A stretch of 32,150 nucleotides of DNA from Spirochaetales bacterium (GTDB lineage: Bacteria; Spirochaetota; Spirochaetia; JABEVK01). Positions 7,200 through 15,294 of the stretch are shown here, one piece after another; positions within the stretch are counted from its first letter, which is position 1, and each line of letters begins with the position of its first letter. Below the pieces are notes generated by a model. It was not told the origin of the DNA, did no database searches, and was given only the letters and a program-made list of their open reading frames with translations. A program made the position numbers and the translations under genes. The stretch lies in contig JBAXAI010000039.1 in the NCBI GenBank assembly GCA_037142615.1, positions 1 to 32,150 of the forward strand, in the 5' to 3' direction.

Positions 7200-9584
7200 A
7201 TGGAACCCATGGCCAACGTGTTGTGGTTTGAGGATCTCGGAAAGGCTGACGTTTCGGCGGTAGGAGGCAAGGCCTCCTCCTTGGGAGAACTGACTTCTCG
7301 TACCCAAGTGCCCGTGCCCCCTGGCTTCGCAACGACTTCCCGGGCCTACCGGTTCTTCCTGGAGCAGACGGGCCTGGACACCGTTCTGCACGACCTGCTG
7401 CAAGGGCTCGACGATGTGGAGAACGGAAGCAACCTCCGCGAGGTCTGTCTGTCCCTCCGCAACGCCGTTCTGGCCGCGCCTTTCCCGGCGACGCTGGAAC
7501 AAGAGGTTCGCTCGGCTTACGGTCTTCTTGGCGAGCGTGCCGGGTCTGATGAGCCTTTTGTTGCCGTCCGCTCCAGTGCCACGGCTGAGGACCTCCCCGA
7601 TGCGAGTTTCGCGGGTCAACAGGATTCCTACCTGAACGTTCGAGGCGCAGGGGAGGTTCTTGAAAGGCTCAAACAGTGCTACGCCTCGGCGTTTACCGAC
7701 CGGGCGGTCTATTACCGGTCCAAGAAGGGTTTCTCCCACCTCGAAGTCTCCATGAGTGCGGTGATCCAGTTGATGGTCTTCAGCGAGGCTGCCGGGGTCG
7801 TGTTCACCGTCGACGTGGCCACCGGAGACGAGTCCCAACTCCTGATCGAGGGTGCCTTGGGCTTGGGGGAGTACGTGGTTCAGGGGGTTGTTACTCCGCA
7901 GAGCTTTCATGTGAGGAAGTCCGACCTCTTCCTGCTGAAACAGGAGATTCACGACCAGTTGGTCCGGTTGGTGCGCAGGCCAGGCGGCGGTTGCGTCGAA
8001 GAACCTGTCCCTCCCGAGCTTCGAGGTCGGAGTGTGCTCACGAGAGAGCAGATCCGGCAGCTCTCGGAATACGCGCTGGCCATTGAAAGGCACTACGGCT
8101 CGGCGATGGATATCGAGTGGGGGATTGAGGAACGCACGGGACAGCTCTGGATTCTTCAGGCACGACCGGAAACCGTGTGGTCGCGAAAGGCCGCCAAGGC
8201 GGAGCCTAAGGCACTGGCCCGCGCCGACGCTTCTGACCGGGTCATCCTCGTGCGCGGGCTGCCTTCCAGCCCCGGGAGGGTCAGTGCGCGGGTGAGGGTG
8301 ATTCTCGATCCCGCCGATATCGACCAGTTCCAGCAAGGAGAGATCCTGGTGACGCCGATGACGGCCCCGGATTGGGTTGTGGCCATGAAGCGCGCGGCCG
8401 CCATCGTGACCGACACCGGTGGAATGACCTGCCATGCGGCTATCGTCAGCCGCGAATTGGGGATCCCCTGCATCGTGGGTACTCGCAGCCGGGGCTATCT
8501 GGCAACCGAGGTCCTTAGAACCGGGCAGGAAGTCACCGTTGACGCCACCAACGGCGTCGTTTTTGAAGGCCGGATCGACGACCTCGTGAGCCCCCTGCAG
8601 GCGCCTTCCGCCCTTTCGACGCCGGTCCCGGCGGAGTCCTTTCCGGTCACCGGGACCAAGGTCTACATGAACTTGGGCGACCCCGACAGCGCGGGGCGCT
8701 ATGCCGGTCTTCCTTGTGACGGCATAGGACTGATGAGGGAGGAGTTCATTTGGACCAATTCGATCCACGAGCACCCTCTTCACCTCCTGGCAACCGGACA
8801 AAGTGAGAAGGTCGTCGACCTGCTGGCGGAGGGTTTCCGAAAGGTCTGTCAGGCGTTTGCCCCTCGGCCCGTGGTGTTGCGGCTAAGTGACTTCAAGTCC
8901 AGCGAATACCGCGAGCTTTTGGGCGGCGACCAGTATGAGCCCCTGGAAGCCAGCTCCCTGCTCGGGTGGAGGGGAGCCTCGCGCTACTACGACCCCAAGT
9001 ACCGTGAGGCGTTCAAACTCGAGCTGAAGGCCGTCAGGCGCGTACGGGAGGAGTTGGGTTTCAAAAACCTTCATCTGATGATTCCGTTCTGCCGGACCGT
9101 CGAAGAAGCGTCGAAGGTGACGAGCCTGATGGCGGAGGAAGGTCTGACCCGAGGACCGAGCTTCAAGATCTGGCTCATGGCCGAGATACCTTCGAACATC
9201 ATCCTCGCCGACAAGTTCAACGCGTTCGTGGACGGGTATTCCATTGGCTCGAACGACCTCACCATGCTCGTGCTCGGGTGCGACCGCGACAATGACACGA
9301 TGGCCTACCTCTTTGACGAACAGAATCTTGCCATCAAGCGGGCCATCCGCCATCTCATCGAAGTCGCCCATCGCGACGGCAAGACCGTGTCCATCTGCGG
9401 CCAGGCGCCCAGTGTTTATCCGGAGTTTGCCGAGTTTCTCGTGCGAAGCGGCATCGACTCGCTCTCGGTCAACCCTGATGCCGTCAAGTCGACGCGGCGG
9501 TTGGTGGCCCAGGTCGGCCAGAAGCTCATTCTGGACCAACTCACCGGGAAGGGAGTGACCGACGTCGAGGACTACCGCTGGTGA
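7200..9584 (+). CDS. ppsA: Phosphoenolpyruvate synthase (pyruvate, water dikinase)
   Basis: VGGKASSLGE, VAVRSSATAEDLPDASFAGQQ, DIEW, QARPET, phospho-His motif GGMTCHAAIVSRE, GWRGASRY, SIGSNDLT, ICGQAPS. Start is 7200 or 7209. Confidence 0.97.
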   Translation: MEPMANVLWFEDLGKADVSAVGGKASSLGELTSRTQVPVPPGFATTSRAYRFFLEQTGLDTVLHDLLQGLDDVENGSNLREVCLSLRNAVLAAPFPATLEQEVRSAYGLLGERAGSDEPFVAVRSSATAEDLPDASFAGQQDSYLNVRGAGEVLERLKQCYASAFTDRAVYYRSKKGFSHLEVSMSAVIQLMVFSEAAGVVFTVDVATGDESQLLIEGALGLGEYVVQGVVTPQSFHVRKSDLFLLKQEIHDQLVRLVRRPGGGCVEEPVPPELRGRSVLTREQIRQLSEYALAIERHYGSAMDIEWGIEERTGQLWILQARPETVWSRKAAKAEPKALARADASDRVILVRGLPSSPGRVSARVRVILDPADIDQFQQGEILVTPMTAPDWVVAMKRAAAIVTDTGGMTCHAAIVSRELGIPCIVGTRSRGYLATEVLRTGQEVTVDATNGVVFEGRIDDLVSPLQAPSALSTPVPAESFPVTGTKVYMNLGDPDSAGRYAGLPCDGIGLMREEFIWTNSIHEHPLHLLATGQSEKVVDLLAEGFRKVCQAFAPRPVVLRLSDFKSSEYRELLGGDQYEPLEASSLLGWRGASRYYDPKYREAFKLELKAVRRVREELGFKNLHLMIPFCRTVEEASKVTSLMAEEGLTRGPSFKIWLMAEIPSNIILADKFNAFVDGYSIGSNDLTMLVLGCDRDNDTMAYLFDEQNLAIKRAIRHLIEVAHRDGKTVSICGQAPSVYPEFAEFLVRSGIDSLSVNPDAVKSTRRLVAQVGQKLILDQLTGKGVTDVEDYRW

Positions 9585-10399
9585 CCGCGCTCAAGCCGCT
9601 AGTCTACGCCGTGTCGGACTCCGTCGGGGATACGGCCGAGATGGTGGTCAAGGCGGCCATCAGTCAGTTCGGTTCCCAGGCCTTCGAAACCCACCGGAAC
9701 TCCCACGTTGTCTCCGTTGCCGCGATCGAAGAACTCTTTCGGCAGATCGGCGTTAGTGGACGCCGCAGTCTCGTGTGCCACACCCTGGTGTCCCAGGAAC
9801 TTCGTCAAGCCGCGCTGGAGTTCGGGCAGCAGTTTGGAGTTGGAACTGTCGACCTCTTGGGGCCCATTTTGGGCGCGGTGGAGGCTCTTTCCGGCCTCAA
9901 ACCCGAACTCAAGCCAGGGCTAGTCCACAAACTGGACGAAGACTACTTCCGGCGCATCGAGGCGGTTGAGTTTTCGGTCAAGTACGACGACGGGAAGGAC
10001 TGCGCCGGGATCCTGCTGGCCGACATCGTCCTCGTTGGGGTCTCACGTACCTCCAAAACTCCGTTGAGCATGTTTCTTGCGCACAAGATGATGAAAGTCG
10101 CCAACGTGCCGCTGGTACCGGAACTTCTTCCCCCCGCCGAACTTTTCGCGATTCCGGGCCGCAAGATTTTTGGCCTGGTGATCGACCCCTTCAAGCTTAA
10201 CCGGATTCGCCAGGAACGCCTGCGGGTCTTAGGAATCGAAGAGACTTCCGACTACGCCGACATGGCAAGGATCGGACAGGAACTGGCCTACGCCCAAACC
10301 ATCATGCGGCGGTTGCATTGCCAGGTTCTTGACGTGTCGAACAAGGCTATCGAAGAAACGGCCAACTTCGTGCTCGAGATGGTCCGCAACTCCCCTTGA
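9581..10399 (+). CDS. ppsR: PEP synthase regulatory kinase/pyrophosphorylase (DUF299)
   Basis: GTGA overlap with ppsA. Motifs SDSVGDTAE, YFRRIEAVEF..KYDDG, GVSRTSKTP, KAIEETA. Confidence 0.93.
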   Translation: MTALKPLVYAVSDSVGDTAEMVVKAAISQFGSQAFETHRNSHVVSVAAIEELFRQIGVSGRRSLVCHTLVSQELRQAALEFGQQFGVGTVDLLGPILGAVEALSGLKPELKPGLVHKLDEDYFRRIEAVEFSVKYDDGKDCAGILLADIVLVGVSRTSKTPLSMFLAHKMMKVANVPLVPELLPPAELFAIPGRKIFGLVIDPFKLNRIRQERLRVLGIEETSDYADMARIGQELAYAQTIMRRLHCQVLDVSNKAIEETANFVLEMVRNSP

Positions 10400-10423
10400 C
10401 AGCGATCTGCACGAGGACGCTTT

Positions 10424-12484
10424 TCAGCGACCCACCGTTGCTTTGGTAGGGACTTCTTGCAGCAGCAGGATCTCCGACATGTCCAGCGCTGGCAACGCGA
10501 TCTCGAGGCCGTCCAAGAGTTCCTTCCCTGTCAGCACCCGTTTTTCACCGGAGTTTGCCCGCATCACCTCGAAAGTGGCCGACCGCGCCAGACCGCGGAG
10601 GTGGACCACTGTCTTGGAGCTTCGACTTCCGCTGCGAAACAACAGGACCACGGCCGCGCTTCCGTCGCGTTTGCAGAACTCGATCGCGTCCCACGCATCG
10701 GCCTCCGTAGACGGCGGCAGCAGGTGATACACATCCTGGCGCAAAAGACTGCGATACTGCTTGTAGACCTTGAAGTTTCTCGCAAGCGCGTCGCGAACTT
10801 CCTGGGGCAGGAGTGAGATACGTTCGGAGAGCTGCCCGTGGAGAGTCCCTATGCCACAGAGGCCCATCATGCGACTGCGGATGATCGTGTCCAAGACGAC
10901 GGGGTCGCGGCTGCCTTCGGCGGTGAGGATTTGCGCCTCGTTGTGGGCGGCCGGATAAACGTAGCTGGCGTGGATTTGGCCTTGGCGGACGCCCAGCGCC
11001 GTGCCGGTATTGTCCGACAGCCAATGAGAGGTCACCGTGCGGACCAAGCCGTAGTCCAGCCGGCTCGGGTAACCGCACTCCTCGAGCATCAGCGCCGGAA
11101 AGCGCTCGCGCAGTCGTCGCCAAATCTCGTACTGTCCCCTCAACGCCGCCAAAGCACCCTCAACCGCCTGGTGACCGTGGTCCGCGCAGTCGCACGTCGG
11201 ACCCGGTAACCCCGAGTTGTCCCATTTGACCCAATCGAGACCAAAGCGCTCGACGGCGTCACCCATCACTTTGGCCAGGTGATCGACCACGGCCGGATTG
11301 CCGGTACAAATCTGCGTGACGGGGGTGTTCCAGATGGTGAGCTGGATGTCCTTGCCGTCTTTACGGGCAACAAACTCGGGCGGAATGACGTTGCCGACCA
11401 ACTTGCTGTCAACCACTTGCGGTGCGAACCAAAGGCCGAACTTCATTCCGGCCGCATGGACCTTTCTCGAGATTTCGGCCAGTCCGCTGGGGTACTTCTC
11501 CCGGTCCTCCCGCGCGTAATTGCCCACTCCCGCGAACCAGTTGCCGGCGCCGCTCTTGTCCGACCCCTCGTACCAGCTCGCGTCGATGTAAAAAAGATCG
11601 ACCCCGAGCTCTGCCGCGAAAGGAATCTCCTCGAGGATCGCCTTCTCGACGCCCTGAGCCTCCGTAGCCCAGATGTCGTAGACGATCCAGGGGAAGTTCT
11701 TCGGCACGGGAGACATGATGTGCCTCAGGTGGTCGTGCATGACCTTCAGCGATTCGTCGAGGTCCCCATGACTCAACCCGAGAAACATCTTTGGCGACCG
11801 TAGCGAGGAACCTGGCGACAGATCGCACCCGTTGGTATCGAGATCGCAGTGCAGCAGCGTACCGCCGGTTCCCTGGGGCGCGACGTGCACGGTCCACTGG
11901 GATTCCCACTCGACGCCGAGGAAGAGAATCTCTCCCGCCGTCACGTTCTCGATGGCCACCCAACCCGCCGAAGACGGGCTGTTCCAACCGCCGCCCTTGA
12001 CCGTTGCGGAACCGAGACTGGCGTGCTTGCGGTAGTCGGTCCGGCTCAGATGGTGGATGACGAGGTCCGCCGGCTCTGCCGAGAGGTAAAGGCTGATCGG
12101 CCCGAGCGCCCGGACCTCCGTGATTGGGGCAGAGCCGGTGTTTCTCAGCTCCGCTTGGAACTCCATGACGCCGGCAACCGCCGAACGGGTGGCCTTCCAG
12201 TCCAAGTTGAGGCCTTTCTTGCTGGACCAGCGGGCAGTGACTGCTTCCGCCCCGTGCTTGCCTGGGAGAACTTCGCAGGCGACCAGCTCAAGACCCTCGG
12301 GGAGGGCCTGTTTGGCGGCATCGCCCAAGTTCCCAAGAGTGCAAACCGGACCAATTTTGGTGTTCGAGGCCGCCCAAGCGTGTCCCGACGCCCCGTTGTC
12401 CAACTTGTGAACGGCGATGCCGTGCTTGTCGGACGAAACCTCGAAAATCAACCCTGTAGCGCTCGACCCACCTTCGACTGTCAT
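10424..12484 (-). CDS. GH36 alpha-galactosidase family glycosidase
   Basis: GGAGG RBS (12495-12491) before ATG12484. Motifs FYIDASWY, EKYPSGL, MKFGLWFAP, WVKWDN (nucleophile), WLSDNT (acid/base), plus a GH36 C-terminal domain. No signal peptide. Confidence 0.85.
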   Translation of the reverse strand: MTVEGGSSATGLIFEVSSDKHGIAVHKLDNGASGHAWAASNTKIGPVCTLGNLGDAAKQALPEGLELVACEVLPGKHGAEAVTARWSSKKGLNLDWKATRSAVAGVMEFQAELRNTGSAPITEVRALGPISLYLSAEPADLVIHHLSRTDYRKHASLGSATVKGGGWNSPSSAGWVAIENVTAGEILFLGVEWESQWTVHVAPQGTGGTLLHCDLDTNGCDLSPGSSLRSPKMFLGLSHGDLDESLKVMHDHLRHIMSPVPKNFPWIVYDIWATEAQGVEKAILEEIPFAAELGVDLFYIDASWYEGSDKSGAGNWFAGVGNYAREDREKYPSGLAEISRKVHAAGMKFGLWFAPQVVDSKLVGNVIPPEFVARKDGKDIQLTIWNTPVTQICTGNPAVVDHLAKVMGDAVERFGLDWVKWDNSGLPGPTCDCADHGHQAVEGALAALRGQYEIWRRLRERFPALMLEECGYPSRLDYGLVRTVTSHWLSDNTGTALGVRQGQIHASYVYPAAHNEAQILTAEGSRDPVVLDTIIRSRMMGLCGIGTLHGQLSERISLLPQEVRDALARNFKVYKQYRSLLRQDVYHLLPPSTEADAWDAIEFCKRDGSAAVVLLFRSGSRSSKTVVHLRGLARSATFEVMRANSGEKRVLTGKELLDGLEIALPALDMSEILLLQEVPTKATVGR

Positions 12485-12788
12485 GAATGTCCTCCGAACT
12501 GAGGGTACTCTGGAATGCCGTACCACAAGAGGGCGGAGCGCGGGCGGACTCGCTAGGAATGTCCTAGCCGCGCCCCACTTGGATCTCGGAATCCTCCAAG
12601 AGGCACAACAGGCGGCCCAGTCCAACTCGGTACCGCCAGAACTCCGACCAGGTTCCCTGCAGCTTCGTGCGGGTAGCACAGAAGGCCTTTCGGCCGGCAG
12701 CTCCGAGGATTTTCCGCCTGAGGGGGGCACTTTTTCGGCTGGCACGTGTTACACAAGAGGTACGGGGTCGAAAGACCCGGAGGATCCC

Positions 12789-13397
12789 TTGAAAAAGACC
12801 GTGCTGACCGTCCTATTGACCTTCGTTTGCCTTCTGCCCGCGAGCTTGAGCGCGCAAGACCTTGTTCAATTGAGGCTTCCGGTTGTCATTTCTACCCCGT
12901 GGTCGGGAAGCGATTGGTCGCGGGCCGCCGAGGCTTGGAATGACGGGCGCAACGCCTCGTTGGGCTTGGCTCCTGAGTTGATCTTTGACCAGCTTGGTTT
13001 CGCCGTCGATGGCGGGGTTCGCTTCACGCGTGACCTCGCCAAGGCCTGGAGCCTCGACTTCCGCGGGCAGCTGTACACCAGCTTCCACCTCTTCGGCGTG
13101 CAGTCCGAACTCGATCCCTTTGTGCTGGCTGGTCTGGGTTCGGCAGGCTGGGTCGATCTCACCCACGGTGTCGCCCGCCGAGCCGGTGACAACTTGTCGG
13201 GCCTTTCGCTGGCGCTTGCTCCCTCGCTAGGGGCGGGGTTTGCGGTGGATCTCGGCGGCTTGGTGGTGGGTCTGCGCGCCCTGTGGTTTCCGACCACTTG
13301 GGCTATCCCCGTGGCGCCCATCGATACCTATAAGCTGGCGGGGGCTGAACTTGCGGTGTTCGTTGGCTGGGCTCTGGCGGATCACGCCCAGTGGTAA
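12789..13397 (+). CDS. Secreted, probable outer-membrane beta-barrel hypothetical protein
   Basis: GGAGGA at 12779-12784, then TTG12789. Signal peptide MKKTVLTVLLTFVCLLPASLSA|Q. Amphipathic strands with aromatics (FHLFG...LDPFVLAGLG). Confidence 0.65.
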   Translation: MKKTVLTVLLTFVCLLPASLSAQDLVQLRLPVVISTPWSGSDWSRAAEAWNDGRNASLGLAPELIFDQLGFAVDGGVRFTRDLAKAWSLDFRGQLYTSFHLFGVQSELDPFVLAGLGSAGWVDLTHGVARRAGDNLSGLSLALAPSLGAGFAVDLGGLVVGLRALWFPTTWAIPVAPIDTYKLAGAELAVFVGWALADHAQW

Positions 13398-13404
13398 CCC
13401 GGCG

Positions 13405-13572
13405 ATGACCGACGTCGAGACTCTGTACCGGCGCTACGGACCCATGGTTCACCGCCGCTGCCGAGCGCTCCTAGGCGACGAACGCGCCTCGGACGCCTCG
13501 CAAGAGGTGTTCGTCCGACTGCTTCGGACGCAGAAGCGGCTGGAGGACCGGGGTCTGAGTAGCCTGCTCTAA
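13405..13572 (+). pseudogene. Truncated ECF sigma factor (part of region 2 only)
   Basis: MTDVETLYRRYGPMVHRRCRALLGD..ASDASQEVFVRL is typical ECF region 2. It stops after 55 codons at SSLL-TAA, where Y-x-IA-x-N would be expected, and no continuation is recognisable. Confidence 0.8.
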
Positions 13573-13990
13573 CTGGTAGGAACTATGATCCCGGCGCAAG
13601 CCGTGGTTTTCGACCAACCGCGGCGGAATGTGCCCGGGGACGACCCCTGGTCTTACCCCAGCGACGGTGAAAATGCCCCCCGACGGTTCTGAAGCTATTT
13701 TGGGCGCGAGCCACGGCTGTTGTCAATCCAGACCGGACTCGGGTCTGAAAAACCTGATTGCCGTGGGGCATACCTCGATTGTAGACTGGCGATCTGACAA
13801 GGCGAAAACTCACGGGCACAGCAGTATTGGCGGTTCAAACCTAGGGAATAGGCGGTCCTCGTACCTCGTGTGGGGCCAACTGTTGCCCAGCGGCCCATTC
13901 GATGATCGCCTTGAGCCCAGCCGGGTCGTCGATCACCCCGACCACGACCATGGTCCCGCCGCATTTTGGACAGTGAAACGGATCGACCGG
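13572..13990 (-). mobile_element. IS91/ISCR-family (rolling-circle) element remnant: transposase C-terminus plus oriIS end
   Basis: Minus strand 13987-13841 translates VDPFHCPKCGGTMVVVGVIDDPAGLKAIIEWAAGQQLAPHEVRGPPIP*, matching the IS91/ISCR C-terminal pattern VDPxxCPxCGGxM...RGPP. About 270 bp downstream the strand ends GTTCCTACCAGT, like the oriIS terminus TTCCTA-N5, exactly where the sigma gene breaks. Confidence 0.75.
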
Positions 13991-14158
13991 GGGTAAGCCA
14001 CGAAGTGGCGTCCCCTAGACCTCATTCGAGTTTCGCTCTCGACGCTGAAACCAGATGTGAACGGCTGAGGATACTCAGCCCGAACGAATCATCACCGCCC
14101 GCTCCTGCTCTCCGAGAAGTCGCGGCCTTCGTTGAGCGGGAAGTGGCCTGATAGGGCT

Positions 14159-14185
14159 CCGGGGGCTCGGAAGCGAGCCCCTCGG
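14159..14185. terminator. GC-rich hairpin downstream of the CxxC gene; possible terminator
   Basis: GGGGCTCG-GAAG-CGAGCCCC (14162-14181), extendable by CCG/CGG with one bulge. No clear U tract. Confidence 0.4.
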
Positions 14186-14202
14186 CGTGGGGGAGCCATC
14201 CC

Positions 14203-14478
14203 CTACCCTTCCGTGCCGTACACATCCGACTGGAACCTAACCTCCCGCCCGCACTGCGCGCATCGGAACCGAAAATAGGGCCGGTGCCCGCCTTGGGGGT
14301 CGACACCGTGCACCAACTCCATTGCCTTGGCACCACAGGCCTTGCAGCCCGAAATCCTCACGGTGAACTCGCAGCGACTGCACCGAAAACGGTATCCCTC
14401 GGCCAGCTTCTCGGAGAACACGTCGTTCCAGATGGCGCTTTGGCACTTGGGGCAGCGGACGGTTTCGACGTCGGCCAT
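14203..14478 (-). CDS. Small double zinc-ribbon protein (four CxxC)
   Basis: CPKC, CSRC, CKAC and CAQC in 91 aa. ATG overlaps the upstream TGA (TGATG). Confidence 0.75.
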   Translation of the reverse strand: MADVETVRCPKCQSAIWNDVFSEKLAEGYRFRCSRCEFTVRISGCKACGAKAMELVHGVDPQGGHRPYFRFRCAQCGREVRFQSDVYGTEG

Positions 14479-14942
14479 CAGGACTTGGCCCTTGCGGGCC
14501 GCCCTGCCCTCACCGCCCGCGCCGCAGCCACATACCGCTCCAGCGGCACCCGCGCCACCGTCTGGCGGATCAGTTCGAGGGGCAGGTCAGCGGGGGTTTT
14601 GAACCGCAGGCAGGCTTTGCCGAGGTCGAGCTTTTTGCCGGTCTTGGCCCACTCGGCGCGGAACCAGGCTTCGGTGGCGGGGTCGCCGTAAAGCGGCAAC
14701 AGGTGGAGCGACACCGCGTTCTTCTTGCTCGCCAGACCGAGGTACATCAGCGGCTGCTTGTTGTAGGTGTCGGGGTAGACCTCGAGGGGGACGGACCACG
14801 AGATCATGCCGTAGGAGAAGCCCTCTTGGTAGCCTGGGGGCAAGGCGTCGTTGATGAGCTGGCGGAGGGCGGCCAAGGTGACGCGCCGATCGTCGGGGAG
14901 CGAGGCCAGGTGGTCGTCGATGGCTTGGTTGGGTGGGAACAT
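14478..14942 (-). CDS. DUF1801 (YdhG-like) domain protein
   Basis: GGAGG RBS. Motifs IDDHLASLP, YGMISW.VP...YPDTYNKQPL, LASKKN, LDLGKACLRFK. Confidence 0.85.
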   Translation of the reverse strand: MFPPNQAIDDHLASLPDDRRVTLAALRQLINDALPPGYQEGFSYGMISWSVPLEVYPDTYNKQPLMYLGLASKKNAVSLHLLPLYGDPATEAWFRAEWAKTGKKLDLGKACLRFKTPADLPLELIRQTVARVPLERYVAAARAVRAGRPARAKS

Positions 14943-14992
14943 GGTAACCTCCGTGGCTTTGCGCTCTCGCGCGTTCCCTGTATCTTGGCAGA

Positions 14993-15247
14993 ATGAAAAC
15001 CTGGCGACAAGGCGTGCTCGGAAAAGTCAGCGTGGCGGGTCGAGCCCCGTTCTACCTGCGTTGCCTCACCTACCCGCTGGCGCAGACCTACCGCGCCCTC
15101 GACGCGGCAAGCGGTAGACTCTCCGAACCCCTTGGCTTTGTCCGGGTGCGGCTCGACGACTTCGCGGCCATCGAAAGGGTCGGCGACACCAAACTGACCG
15201 CAGCCGAACGCCGACTTGACCCCGAAGCTCCCTGGAGCGCGTGGTAG
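14993..15247 (+). CDS. Hypothetical protein (84 aa), possibly leaderless
   Basis: Fills the gap between DUF1801 and the GH51 end. No RBS, but TATCTT lies 6 nt before the ATG. Confidence 0.55.
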   Translation: MKTWRQGVLGKVSVAGRAPFYLRCLTYPLAQTYRALDAASGRLSEPLGFVRVRLDDFAAIERVGDTKLTAAERRLDPEAPWSAW

Positions 15248-15294
15248 CGCCTAGGAACAAGTACTCGAGTGAGGGGTCGGTCATTTCGTTTTGA

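Noticed and set aside
6984-8801. 605-aa minus-strand ORF, and similar long shadow ORFs at 15403-16938, 21213-22688, 5016-6242, 270-1214 and 3069-3974
   Set aside because: Mostly antisense to well-supported genes, with no recognisable motifs; expected in GC-rich DNA with strong codon bias.
12485-12745. ORF-track N-terminal extensions (also starts at 1721, 2919, 12417, 17061, 19017, 22796, 25718 and 25348)
   Set aside because: They overlap neighbouring genes or promoters; downstream starts have clear RBS, coupling or promoter context and give family-typical lengths.
12740-12755. sigma54 promoter starting with a perfect TGGCACG
   Set aside because: The -12 position reads AC instead of the required GC.
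13628-13996. 122-aa plus-strand ORF and overlapping small ORFs
   Set aside because: No RBS or motifs; the region is better explained by the minus-strand IS91-type remnant.
14063-14080. Hairpin GGCTGAG-GATA-CTCAGCC
   Set aside because: Real inverted repeat, but single copy with no U tract or gene context that gives it a role.
15247-15260. Second oriIS-like TTCCTA (also at 12554-12559)
   Set aside because: Six-base match only, with no adjacent transposase remnant or truncated gene.
13572-15294. Integron cassette array suggested by several small genes
   Set aside because: Genes are in mixed orientation, no RYYYAAC...GTTRRRY attC structures were found, and there is no integrase.
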